IMG/VR virus record: IMGVR_UViG_3300005683_000016
Coordinates: 1 to 64,000 of that record
From: a virus
Length of the DNA stretch: 64,000 nt
Direction: 5' to 3' (one strand)
The translations under genes were made by a program, and so were the position numbers. Of the stretch, positions 10,801 through 19,196 are shown one piece after another. The notes under the pieces are model-generated. The model was not told the DNA's origin, did not search any database, and was given only the letters and a program-made list of their open reading frames with translations. Positions within the stretch are counted from its first letter, which is position 1; the number at the start of each line of letters is the position of its first letter.

Positions 10801-13800
10801 TTCGTCTTTGTTAAGGATTGAATCAAAAAGTCCCCACTTAACTTTTCCTTGAGACTTAATTCGACTTAACTCTCCCTTGAGATAGTTTTCCCAAACTTTG
10901 TAAAGTTTAGATTCAATTGATAAATCAAACTGATTATCTTTTCTATCAAACTCTGAATTAACATCAGAAAAAGAGAAGGGAGTGTAAGAAACTCCGGGAA
11001 CATTAGGTTGCCAATTAGATAGTCTAAAAAAGTAAGAAGTAGAAGCGGTTTCAGCACGAGTATTTTCTATGATACCGTGCTTGACCATTCCTATAAAATT
11101 GAGACTCAACCAAGAAGCATCATCCAAATCTATAGTAAGATTTCCTTCAGATGCTCTACCTTTTTGTTCTTTTTTAAATCCGTTTAAAAGTTCTACTTCT
11201 ACTTTTACGTTCGATCTTTGTTCTACTAAAGAGTTAGTGGTTTCATCTACTACTTGAGGAAATAAAACTTGCTTAGTTAAAGAATACTCAAACATTGGAT
11301 TCTTCAACCTTTCGTATTCTTCTAAGAGTTCTTCCTTAGTTCTTGCTTTATTAAGTAAGTTGCGATATTGTAAGATGGCGTTTAATTGAGAAAGAGTAGA
11401 TTGATTTTCTCCTTCTGCGTTCTTAACCATAGTAGTGGTTGATAGGGGTCTTATTGAGTCTTCTCTTGAGAGGACTTTGTTCATCAACCCTGACAACCCT
11501 TCGTACTTTTTATCACCTACTGTACCACCATTAAATATAGATTCAGAAATACTGATAGAAACCTTTTCAAGATTTAAAAGCAACTCTGCCAAGTAAGGTT
11601 CTAAAGCAAGTATTTCTTGAGATACCATACCATTCTCCCTAAGGGTTTTGGGATGAAACCCAAGCCCTAAAAGTTCTACTAATAGTTTATTTCCGAGATC
11701 TACTTTATCTTCTTTTAAAATACCAAGATGGGTAAATAGTCTTTTAATGTCAATTTCATCACTTTCCCTGTCATAGAATTCTAAAAATTCGTCGTTGACT
11801 TTCCTAAGAAAGTTGGAGTCTATTTTCTTTTTACCGTTACTTTGAATATCTTTGGATTCGTTCTTAAAATAGTACCTACCTGATTCAGACTTAATCATTA
11901 CATAAGTATCTACTGTTGCTTTTTTAAATGCTGTTTCTATTCTTAGATTAAGATCAACATCCCAGTCATTCGGATTAGTTACGTTTAATCTGTCTCTAAG
12001 AACAAAAACCTCAGGAACAATGTCTAATGCTGATTCGTTGAGAGAATCAAGCATCTCCTCTAAAGTCATTTTGTTAGCAAAAAGAGTTGCTATAAGATTC
12101 CAAGTCTCAGTATAATCGTTTAGTTCAAGACTACCAGTAGAATCAGTTTTGTATTTAATCCAACCGTTTGGAACTTTAGTAAAATAAGAAGTATGAGTTC
12201 CTTTGTCTATAAGGCCCTTCCTATCTTCGTCAGAGTAAATTTTAGTAACACCGTTTACTCTTTCAACTTTAGGAATGAGTTTTACAAAAGCACGACTAAT
12301 AGGGTCAGCAGATTCCAAAGAACTCTCCTTAACTCCAGATCTATCAAAGTCACCTACTTTTTCATTCTCTACTTCACCTCCTGTTATGTTAGCAGTGTCT
12401 TGTTCCTTTTCAGGGTTTTCATTCTCCTCTACTTCGTTGGGGTCGTTTTCAAGATTATCTTCAATTTCTATTGTTGGGGGTTTTTCTCCCTTTTTATGTT
12501 TTCTTACTCGAACCAAAGTAGTGTTCTCAATCCAGTAATCTCTTAAGAACTCGTTGTTGGGTAAAAAAAAGTTATCCAAATAATCAACCTCTTCCTTACT
12601 AAGAATAGATTCGTTTTCCTCCAAATACTCAAGTAAGAAATTGTTGTAAAGACCAAATACATTTTCAAAACCTAATTGACCTTCAAGTAGTTGAGGTAAA
12701 AATCCTTGGTCAAAAATGAATTGTGCTATACCAGCATCTATCCTTCTTACTGATTGGTTTAAGTAAGTTTCACTAAAGCCTTGGTTTAAAACCTCTTTGA
12801 GCGAGTTTTCATCATACCCCAAAGAAAGAGGTTTGGTATCCATCTTAAACCTGTCTCTCTTGGTTTTGGGAGTTATGGGTTCAAGACTTATACTTGCTAA
12901 GGATTCAAGAAACTCTGCGTAAAGGGAAGGTTCTTTTTTTAAATCGAAGATTAGAGATAAAATGTCCTTAACTACTTCTTTGAGTTTTTCAAAGAGAGTC
13001 TTGTTTTTAGACTTTACTTTTTTAAGTTCTTTGATTACATTGGGATCTGTGAGTCTTGCTAAGACCTCATAAACAAATCTTGGATCTTCTTTCTTGTAAC
13101 CTGCTTTTTCAATAATCTCTACAACTGAGTCAGGAACTTGTGTTGCTAACTCGTTGAGTTGTTTGGTAAGTTCATGTTCAGGATTTTTACTAATCCACTC
13201 CGAGGTTAGAACGTGAACTATTTCGTGAACAATTATTTCATAATTAGCGGGATTGTTTATAAGAGAAAAATTGATAAGTATTTCCTTATCATCTGCCATA
13301 CCTTTAAAGTCCTTACTATAAGTAGTAACAAACTTTATAGTAGCATCTTGTAGTTTCTTTTTTACTTCCGATTTTTCAATCAGAGCGTTTAAAACTACTA
13401 ATACGTCCTTGAAATCACCTTGAACTTTATTACTCATGTTGAGCAACTCATCGGTAATTTTTTCTAAAGGAATAACTTCGTCTTGGGTAATTTCAAGATT
13501 ACCTACCTTGGGGTTTTCTTGGAATTCTTTATCTCGTGTGAGTTCTGAACTCTCATATTTGACATCAAACAAAAGAGATTTGATAGGCCCGTAAACTACG
13601 TCCTTACCCAACTTGATTTGACGAAAAACAGTCTGGTGATGTTCTAAGTAAAAGTCTTCAAAATTAGTATTTGCTTCTCTAAGTTCTCCGTTGAATATAA
13701 TAGGAGTTAATACGGTTTGACCTACCCAATCTTTATGTACATTTATTCTTGCATAAGATAAAACCTTGGACAATTCAGCAATATCTACATCTGTAGGATC

Positions 13801-15240
13801 AATACGGTTAAAAACTTTAACTCCATTTACATCTACGAAAGTAGATCTTCTTTGTGCTTTTATCTTGTTACCTCTTAGAGAGAATTGAACGTCTCCTCCT
13901 TTAAAGTCTAACAGAGCGTTTAGAAATTTAACAACTCGATTCCCTTCTTCTTGAGTGTAAGTGTGATTGACTAAATCAATTACTCTCTTTTGCCAACTTT
14001 CAGACAAAGGAGTTCTATCCAAAGGAACTTTAGTCCCGTTAAAGTCTAAATATAAATTACCAGCATAATTAATCTTGTCGTCTTTAGAAGCAAGAACAAG
14101 TTTGTTAGGTTTTCCTTGAAGAAAAGTTTTAGCAGTAATTACTCTTTCAGAATAAGGAATCTTGGAATAAGCCTTAGGATAATCACTTACTGTACCCTTT
14201 ACTTCCAAGAAGGAAGAAGGAGAACCCTTTTGAACCTGTTGCTTGTAATCAATAAGAACCTGTCTTACTATGTCATTTACATTAGCATAACGATCTTTTT
14301 CAAAGTTGGGTAGAGTAAGGGTAAATCCTTTTTGTTTATTGGCACCAATAGGAACTCCCTTATTGGGATCGGTAGTTAATCTAACCTTCCCTCCATAAAA
14401 ATCATCAAAGGATTCGATATAAACTCGTTTCCATTCATTCTCCCACTTATACAAAACTCCTACTACGCCAAATCCTGTAAAATCGGGTAAAGAAAAGACA
14501 TCTTCTACAGATTGAGTATTTGTAGATACGTCCTTTTCAAACCTTACTGCAAATCGTTCTCCTTGAGCAAGTTGATTTTCTACTTCTTGAGAAACATTAT
14601 GTTTAAGTATAGATAGCCCTTCAACTCCTTGAAGAACATCTTCCTTTGAAGGTCTATATAAAAAGGTTTGGGTGTATTCATAAGGTGCTTGTTTTTGTAC
14701 ATCTTGTTGTGCAGATTCATCTGTTCTTATTTCGTCCTCTAAAGTGTCAAGATCAAGTTCTTTCTCAATCTGATTAAATAGAGTATTAATTCTCTCCCGA
14801 ATACCAAGATAAGTTTGATAGACAGGACTACTTTGAAAAGATTTTTCTACTGGATAATTGTTAAAGAAAGGAACCAAAGAATTTAAAAAATCTCTGTCAT
14901 CACTCTTTTCTTCAGTAGGAATGTTTTGATCAGACTCGTATTTCTCTACAAGTTTAATCAACGTATCTAAAAACGCAGCATAGTGTTCTTGAGGATCATT
15001 AGATTCTAACACCCCTGACAAGAGGAGTGTCACAAGTCCATTTCCCTTAACGTCAAGATTATCAACTAAAAATCCATTCTCTGTAGGTTCAATCTTTTTC
15101 AACTCCCCCTTTAGAGGGATGTACATTTTTTTAGCAAGATTGGACTTGATGCTTTTTACAAATTCTGTATAAGAATCAAACCTGTCTTGCTCCAGAAAGA
15201 ATTTAAGAGTAGGATCAAGTATAACGAGAGTACATTTCAT
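4870..15240 (-). CDS. Virion-packaged double-psi-barrel RNA polymerase (crAss/phi14:2 gp66-like), fused to zincin, SLOG and degenerate zincin domains
   Basis: Catalytic TQSGTDYDYDKM (DYDYD 8788-8802) preceded by YRIPNQG; HEIVH at 13213-13227; SLOG-like HSGGAYGGD...GGT...FAGVGSR; C-terminal EELIH. The likely start is ATG 15240 (MKCTL), after taataaaa. Confidence 0.9.
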   Translation of the reverse strand: MKCTLVILDPTLKFFLEQDRFDSYTEFVKSIKSNLAKKMYIPLKGELKKIEPTENGFLVDNLDVKGNGLVTLLLSGVLESNDPQEHYAAFLDTLIKLVEKYESDQNIPTEEKSDDRDFLNSLVPFFNNYPVEKSFQSSPVYQTYLGIRERINTLFNQIEKELDLDTLEDEIRTDESAQQDVQKQAPYEYTQTFLYRPSKEDVLQGVEGLSILKHNVSQEVENQLAQGERFAVRFEKDVSTNTQSVEDVFSLPDFTGFGVVGVLYKWENEWKRVYIESFDDFYGGKVRLTTDPNKGVPIGANKQKGFTLTLPNFEKDRYANVNDIVRQVLIDYKQQVQKGSPSSFLEVKGTVSDYPKAYSKIPYSERVITAKTFLQGKPNKLVLASKDDKINYAGNLYLDFNGTKVPLDRTPLSESWQKRVIDLVNHTYTQEEGNRVVKFLNALLDFKGGDVQFSLRGNKIKAQRRSTFVDVNGVKVFNRIDPTDVDIAELSKVLSYARINVHKDWVGQTVLTPIIFNGELREANTNFEDFYLEHHQTVFRQIKLGKDVVYGPIKSLLFDVKYESSELTRDKEFQENPKVGNLEITQDEVIPLEKITDELLNMSNKVQGDFKDVLVVLNALIEKSEVKKKLQDATIKFVTTYSKDFKGMADDKEILINFSLINNPANYEIIVHEIVHVLTSEWISKNPEHELTKQLNELATQVPDSVVEIIEKAGYKKEDPRFVYEVLARLTDPNVIKELKKVKSKNKTLFEKLKEVVKDILSLIFDLKKEPSLYAEFLESLASISLEPITPKTKRDRFKMDTKPLSLGYDENSLKEVLNQGFSETYLNQSVRRIDAGIAQFIFDQGFLPQLLEGQLGFENVFGLYNNFLLEYLEENESILSKEEVDYLDNFFLPNNEFLRDYWIENTTLVRVRKHKKGEKPPTIEIEDNLENDPNEVEENENPEKEQDTANITGGEVENEKVGDFDRSGVKESSLESADPISRAFVKLIPKVERVNGVTKIYSDEDRKGLIDKGTHTSYFTKVPNGWIKYKTDSTGSLELNDYTETWNLIATLFANKMTLEEMLDSLNESALDIVPEVFVLRDRLNVTNPNDWDVDLNLRIETAFKKATVDTYVMIKSESGRYYFKNESKDIQSNGKKKIDSNFLRKVNDEFLEFYDRESDEIDIKRLFTHLGILKEDKVDLGNKLLVELLGLGFHPKTLRENGMVSQEILALEPYLAELLLNLEKVSISISESIFNGGTVGDKKYEGLSGLMNKVLSREDSIRPLSTTTMVKNAEGENQSTLSQLNAILQYRNLLNKARTKEELLEEYERLKNPMFEYSLTKQVLFPQVVDETTNSLVEQRSNVKVEVELLNGFKKEQKGRASEGNLTIDLDDASWLSLNFIGMVKHGIIENTRAETASTSYFFRLSNWQPNVPGVSYTPFSFSDVNSEFDRKDNQFDLSIESKLYKVWENYLKGELSRIKSQGKVKWGLFDSILNKDEKEILLREIDPDTLKNALNRFFTEQYNEYDKLFEKTMGGVNALVGEYATYRGNQEVYGDKGLWNLLDGKVNTWKAFYVVNSMTLHTEEAILFQGDLSQTPKYYKRAKGVQSTGTPLSLSKTALESTNKRLRENSFGAVFGYPFQLGRTYKSSTLKDDIKPSAYKDDFLTGFVESQKLYYKELGITKTEDQIKSEAESLLKGYGEVNIGDGGGVTQPDFHWAMLKHVGNISLEQQQVYDALVLDAKAHAKDYLGEGFVNTPLTKEEKEKVKIGFDLMSKGKGQFSLAKFTHRNTMLNSDTVVKPEIMDKFALFPLFPQFVQDKPVAKALLISMMKSGTAYVKFQSGTKIDSPDAVDFISMVERGELEVTLSTHELKTDFLREQIKTPNKHKEKNTFGSQVRKNILAELGKVKLFHESFKGEFKLEWEKLNQEFSFEVKKEVLGKLGIEETPSGWDFANVDKAKVAKILYEESVARDLPLNLKTYFDKYKRGVLDPESLYDYFEASMGAQQIQNLLASIIKKISVQKLEGSQYRQVPSSFFDRNIKSNGKTRELGFYKYDTETNTVSAAECKIGMGGSFLNLLNLQDVTNYIEYRQLEDTMMNRLMALNKKLEDDSWVEKHKDVLTIAAYRIPNQGHNSDEVFIIREFLPPFHAGEIILPPEVTTQSGTDYDYDKMSAIVPSIGKNGKLITKESKGIQNEMIKTISKILLDPVNYHKLIVPNSNHIIFDFLKKDLLPKLYPDLRFDKMSPTEIITLKRNLRQFVSVQGKNLLGIAAVWNPFTVLVQNHKVTIQDSYNKEIGFGKKAVTLEVPVNPLMGSTESSTVTKDNLNKLEVISQLINVTVDMPSDDTFGMAGFTRDDFAAFIYSMSMLNYGFEDSMNLFHQPIIFKYKSMVKDLMRKGKKRYKANVEVLSALLDIPLVETEAGINYTKSEIEIFKQLTELEQGFDKSKFNVLSVEKALSKNKFSDSQKAFLAHYIKLVDQSGQVRTVQSALNFDTSPDNNLAKAKDRIKNYNEAKNVGIITSEKIDEIQYNSVISGLYATDILENLTTSLFPILYSEENKTLFDEIRESFVQSSEQAFRRASNDFLLAVLQNYGKVNNRSLINIAKLYIEGSKKADIIRGARETQKKLFKEGKNYRLLDILVANVSKPNKIKRINPQLIMGMENSAADKDQLTEEFRELLNHSDESVRNFAIVLAVTGLIQSGWSKSPLYFSDVIPEEFITPIIRESLREYERTSNLEKAAFRSQFEKNFNYYEGKSLGRKSTNSTSYHEDSYRLMDYTRGVEEEIEKFKEEESKKPLVEDINYEDIIVESQPVLEQVNVDMSKLTNHSGGAYGGDTFWDIIGREFGVTEHKHYRDSGNQSLSKQLRDNKVTATVLTKEQMNKARTELEALLGKKYPDTIQGNLQVRNYYQVINSDAVFAIAKLDNSEDTSKPDNLTDPTKSIKSYKFDKVKGGTNTAVQLGIKLNKPVYVWNITSEKWYKYDGFQFVETETPTLTKNFAGVGSRDIENYNVQDKETGNWVPRKEYVGKEKEEKAKQAIRDVYQKTQKQGIQKISPTQKQTQEQQSLFDIEKLNKKEAFEKMLSRKKDPETTEDWIATYFETGKINPKSFDEHLDRNYKTERLNYIDKKGQSLDGIKESIEDDSKREIQIEDIVNFIKDYKSVTNYWNSIQAKILEDLNYYYNQEIQETLKQEINGTRPTGIDVTTNKGFVWGELSTSKFNTDTQFKQTDRKQTGSVDSLQNRINGRTFSEIWNSNEFSSVERATILLHSIQERILDRNSFNGRLFEKINKQLGGLELRVFEGIEEKPLFAFDHIYLQPSKLLDYLEKLNVENIDEYLNLAIAEELIHILTNRITDRFDKFAVIEELSKVPRFFQQLGQKYKSLQNGDYDAAYLEYVRMIVQQEVLGTTTEQIKYTKGGIIDQIIKKVWEFLYSIFKQGSPKLTAVVKRHINFIESQSVSAISKSQEESKICTNI
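5385..5714 (-). CDS. Putative overprinted (+1 frame) small protein nested in the vRNAP gene
   Basis: 109-codon same-strand ORF with an ATG start, homologous to 698..1138. Confidence 0.5.
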   Translation of the reverse strand: MVQDQQELMLQQTKDLYGESYPLLNLTLIHNLNKPIENRLVQLIPCKIELMEELSQKYGIPMSSLQWKEPLYYCILFKKEYLTEIPSTEDSLKKLTNSWEVWNLEYLRE

Positions 15241-15245
15241 TTTTA

Positions 15246-15671
15246 TTAGACTACAAGTAAGCAATAATCAGTATTATAACGAACTGGAAGATAAACCTCT
15301 TCTCCAAAAAAAAGAGATTTAAGGGTTCCTTCCCACTCTCCCCGATGAACAGATTCAACTCTTGTCCACATATTATATCGAGTTAAAAGGTTTCCTTTCT
15401 TTATATCTCTGGATTTACAAGGTTGTTCGTTAGTTAAAATAGATACGTTAGGTTTACAATAAATCAAACAAGAGTCTGTATAAATCTCTATCAGTACTCC
15501 TTTGTATTTATAGTCTGAAAACTCTTTAGGTTTTAAATATCCCAATCTGAACTCTTTGTCCAAAACAAGAACACTTCCCTTTGGATTGTAATGTGAAAGT
15601 TCTAACCAACCACTGTCGGTTAAAACTTCCATAAAATCTGGTATAAAAGATAATGATTCTGCCATTAACAT
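15246..15671 (-). CDS. Stand-alone degenerate Hint (mini-intein-like) domain protein
   Basis: Block A-like SFIPDFMEVLTDSGW, then YKGVLIEI, and block F/G-like EWEGTLKSL...LPVRYN. Lacks the block B TxxH and the terminal Asn. Confidence 0.65.
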   Translation of the reverse strand: MLMAESLSFIPDFMEVLTDSGWLELSHYNPKGSVLVLDKEFRLGYLKPKEFSDYKYKGVLIEIYTDSCLIYCKPNVSILTNEQPCKSRDIKKGNLLTRYNMWTRVESVHRGEWEGTLKSLFFGEEVYLPVRYNTDYCLLVV

Positions 15672-15680
15672 TTTAACAGT

Positions 15681-18600
15681 TTAACACTCTAACTTAAATT
15701 TGTTTTTATTTATGTGATCTCTGAATAAAGGAAGCAAAGATGTGTTCTTTTTTAGAAAAGATTTAATCTTCTGATCCATTTCGTCTATTACTGGTTCAGC
15801 AGGTTGTTTTGTAACTATAGGTTCACCCTCAGTGAATACTTGTTTGAACTGTTTATTAGGTAGTTTATTAAAAGGAGTTTTAAGTCTTTTCAAGTCTCCT
15901 AACGTAAGTCCTTCCTTAGTTTTAATTATTCTGGTTTTCTGAAATCCATCTTCAAAGATAGAATATACATCTGCTTCTGCTCCAAAGTTTTGAGGTTCTA
16001 TCCAATGAGTGTTAGGATAGTTTTTAATCTCGTCTTTTGAAAAGGTTTCTTGTCCTAACTGATAAATAGGTTTAGGTTGAGGTTTTTCTCTTTCAGGAAG
16101 TTTTTTAGAAAGATAATCATCTACAGGGTCGTTTTGTTCTTCCGTCGGTTTTACTCCCACTACCACTTCAGCAGCCTTTACCAAAACCCCGTCTTTTAAT
16201 ATCTGTGGACTTTTTGTTGATAAAATAGTATCTTCTTCTACTGAATAATCAGGACGATATTCTACTACTATTACTTTCATCCCTTCGTTAAACCTTTCTC
16301 CAGTAAGGTCTTTATATGTATATCCTTGGTCTGCAAGTTCTCGTTCTTTTTGCTCTATAAAACTTTGTTCTTCTTTAGTTATTGCTTCAGGAGAGCGTTT
16401 TATGTTTTGTTTTATTCTATGAATGGCCGTTAATATTTCTATCGGATCAGAAGATCCTTCTATTGTTTTCAAATGAGTTAACACTTGTTTTCTTCCTTTT
16501 ACCACAGGAAGAAGCATTTGAGCCTCTGGTGTAGATTTAACTATTTCCCCATTCTTATCTACTTGGTAAATGTTTCCTCTGTCATCTTCTACTGTTGCTT
16601 CATTTTCAAGAAGACTTTTGACAGTAAATAGTCTACCGTCAATCATAACATCCTTTCCTATCTCGAATTTGGAAAGAGGATTTATGTTAGGAACAGTCGG
16701 AGATTGTTCTACATAAGGTTCTTTGTTCTCTTCTGCTTCTTCGTTAACTTTAAGGATTTGTTCTTGAATATCTTCTGGTTTTTCAGATTCAGTTCTTTCT
16801 TTGACCTCTTCATTAAGATTTAAGTCTTTAATTTCCTCCTTGATTTTTTCTTTCTTAAACCTATCGAACTGCTCTTTTGAAACTTCTTCGTTTATAACAA
16901 GTTCTAAAAGTTCCTCCTCCTGCTCTTTAGAGAGTTTTTCTAAAGAGTTATAATAAGACAAAAGTTTATCATAATACTCTGTAGTTTTTTCTACTTGTTG
17001 TTTTGCTTGTCTTAATTGAAGTTTAGGATCAATTTCAGATTGATCTGTTACTGCGTTGGAAAGTTCTTCATAGTATTTAACTTGACGAACTAAGTCTTTA
17101 AGTTGAGCATGTTTAAAGTCGAGATAGTTTTTAAAACCTCTTTTTGATCTTGTCAAGTTTCCAAGATAAGCAATACTGTTGTCTTTAATCCCTAAAGACT
17201 TGAGATTCTGTTGGTTGTTAAGAATCTTTCCTTTGGTGTGTCTTAATAGAGATTCGTTTCTTGCTACCACCTCCTTAAAGTCGTTAAAGAGGTTTTCTTC
17301 AATACTGTTAATTTGAGACTCTTCATCGGTAGAAAACGCTTCTCTGATCCTTTTTAAGAAAGGATTGGTGGTATAAGGATTGTCCTTATAATAAAAGTTA
17401 ACCTTCTCTATGTCTGCCTTGACATTTTCTGCGTCTTCAATAAGTTGATTAACAAAAGCATCTCTTTCTAGTTCAGAAGTGAATTGTTTTCCAAATCCTT
17501 CGTTAAACTCTTTGAGATCTAGTTCTTTGAGATCGTTCAAAGAAGATAAAAAAGAATCATAAGAACCTAACTTTAGGTTATCGTGAACACTTGAATATAA
17601 AGCATCGTGCGCTGCTATGACTTCAACTGAGTCTTGATTGTTTAGGTCTATAGAAGATTGATATTGTTTAACTGTAGAGTTAAACCTTTTGTAACTATTC
17701 TCAAGATAGTTTACAGCACTTTCTGATCTGGTTCTTCCCTTGGTTAAAAGGGGGATAGAAGCAGGAGCACCCATTAAGAAACCTGTTAGAGAACCTATTC
17801 CTACGTTTTGCCAAAACTCATCATCAGTTAAAGTTTCAGGAAGATTCTCCATCAAGTAGGAGAGAAGATCAGATTTAGTTTTAGGATTTACTCTGTTAGC
17901 GTAGTAATCGTGAACAGACTTTCCTATGTGGTATTGAAGACCTTCTTCAAGACCTTCAGAAAAAATATCCTTGAGGGTTTCTTTTCCTATCTTTTTAAGA
18001 GCCTCTTTGGTAGAAAAAGTAGAGATTGCTTTTAATCCTTCCTTGGTTGCTTGAGTCTTTACAAAAGATTCTGCTCCTTTGATTATTCCTTTTCCCATTA
18101 TAAGGTTAGGAAACTGAAGCAAGTTGGAAGCAAGAATAACAGGCAAGTTTAAAGCAGTAGTGTATTTACCTGCTTTTTCTGCTCTCTCGTTTATCTCTTG
18201 AAGAGTTTCAGGATCAGTTTCATTTCTATAAATAGCGTCTTCCAAAAGTTGTTTCTTGGTATCCAACCATGTATGATACCCTTCAACAAATGCTTCTCCT
18301 TGAGCAGTAAAATAATTAATTGCTGCGTATCTACCTGCTGTAGTTATCTTAGAAAGAGCAGAGATTTCTAATCCTTTACTAAAGTTTTTGGTAAGTTGTG
18401 CTGCTGCTATAATATCATCGGTTTTGTCTGCTCCTTTTGCTACTTGTCGAACCATCGAGAATAACTTTGGTGACAAAGAACGAATCCTATTAATAGCACT
18501 TACTGTAGTTGCTGGTGAAGAAGTTCCTCCTGTTGCTACTGTGAGCAAAGCATCAGCAGTTAATCCTGCTGTAAGAGCACCCATTGAGAAACCTATATTC

Positions 18601-19196
18601 TTGATTACTTTGTCTCCCCAAAAGTTCATAGCACCACCACTAAAGGGAACAGCGTTGATCCAATCTGATCTATCTCTTTCGGATTGGGTGTAATAGTTGG
18701 GAAGTTTATCTTCTAACGCAGTTAGTTGATTTTGAATCCATTCAAACTTTCCATCTTCATTAAACGTTTCTCCTGTTCTCCAAGCATCAATACTTTTTGG
18801 CATCGAGAGAAAGGTAGAAACATAAGTACCCCAAAAGTTTGCTCCTGTTTTTAAAAAAGAGTTTAGAAACCTTTCTCCTGGGCCTTGAAACCTACCGTAA
18901 ATATCTTCAGAGTCTGTCCCATATAAATTAGTAGGGGTGAACTGAAGATAAGGGTTGTTGTATCTTTTTTCTTGTTTGGTTGTATAAGTGTAAGCAGGAT
19001 TATTAGTAGGTATATTATTTAGTCGGTTTGCTACAGTCTCTAATAAAGAAACTTGTTTATTAGCAGTTCCTTGAGGAAGACTTACATTAATATCAGCAGG
19101 AACATAGGGAGTTAACCTGACACTTAAGGAAGCATCCTCTATTGGAGTTTTAAGGTCTGTTCTGGTACTTATGAAATCAAACGGATCTGTGTGCAT
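15681..19196 (-). CDS. Large ejected cargo protein with hydrophobic G/A-rich helices and a GrpE-like domain
   Basis: GFSMGALTAGLTADALLTVATGG, SEGLEEGLQY and VGIGSLTGFLMGAPA segments; sits upstream of the vRNAP, as in crAss-like phages. Confidence 0.75.
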   Translation of the reverse strand: MHTDPFDFISTRTDLKTPIEDASLSVRLTPYVPADINVSLPQGTANKQVSLLETVANRLNNIPTNNPAYTYTTKQEKRYNNPYLQFTPTNLYGTDSEDIYGRFQGPGERFLNSFLKTGANFWGTYVSTFLSMPKSIDAWRTGETFNEDGKFEWIQNQLTALEDKLPNYYTQSERDRSDWINAVPFSGGAMNFWGDKVIKNIGFSMGALTAGLTADALLTVATGGTSSPATTVSAINRIRSLSPKLFSMVRQVAKGADKTDDIIAAAQLTKNFSKGLEISALSKITTAGRYAAINYFTAQGEAFVEGYHTWLDTKKQLLEDAIYRNETDPETLQEINERAEKAGKYTTALNLPVILASNLLQFPNLIMGKGIIKGAESFVKTQATKEGLKAISTFSTKEALKKIGKETLKDIFSEGLEEGLQYHIGKSVHDYYANRVNPKTKSDLLSYLMENLPETLTDDEFWQNVGIGSLTGFLMGAPASIPLLTKGRTRSESAVNYLENSYKRFNSTVKQYQSSIDLNNQDSVEVIAAHDALYSSVHDNLKLGSYDSFLSSLNDLKELDLKEFNEGFGKQFTSELERDAFVNQLIEDAENVKADIEKVNFYYKDNPYTTNPFLKRIREAFSTDEESQINSIEENLFNDFKEVVARNESLLRHTKGKILNNQQNLKSLGIKDNSIAYLGNLTRSKRGFKNYLDFKHAQLKDLVRQVKYYEELSNAVTDQSEIDPKLQLRQAKQQVEKTTEYYDKLLSYYNSLEKLSKEQEEELLELVINEEVSKEQFDRFKKEKIKEEIKDLNLNEEVKERTESEKPEDIQEQILKVNEEAEENKEPYVEQSPTVPNINPLSKFEIGKDVMIDGRLFTVKSLLENEATVEDDRGNIYQVDKNGEIVKSTPEAQMLLPVVKGRKQVLTHLKTIEGSSDPIEILTAIHRIKQNIKRSPEAITKEEQSFIEQKERELADQGYTYKDLTGERFNEGMKVIVVEYRPDYSVEEDTILSTKSPQILKDGVLVKAAEVVVGVKPTEEQNDPVDDYLSKKLPEREKPQPKPIYQLGQETFSKDEIKNYPNTHWIEPQNFGAEADVYSIFEDGFQKTRIIKTKEGLTLGDLKRLKTPFNKLPNKQFKQVFTEGEPIVTKQPAEPVIDEMDQKIKSFLKKNTSLLPLFRDHINKNKFKLEC

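Noticed and set aside
173-11057. Short +1-frame minus-strand ORFs 173..367, 6087..6302 and 10866..11057
   Set aside because: About 60-70 aa, non-ATG starts, and no paralogous conservation. Used as the background for the two longer nested ORFs.
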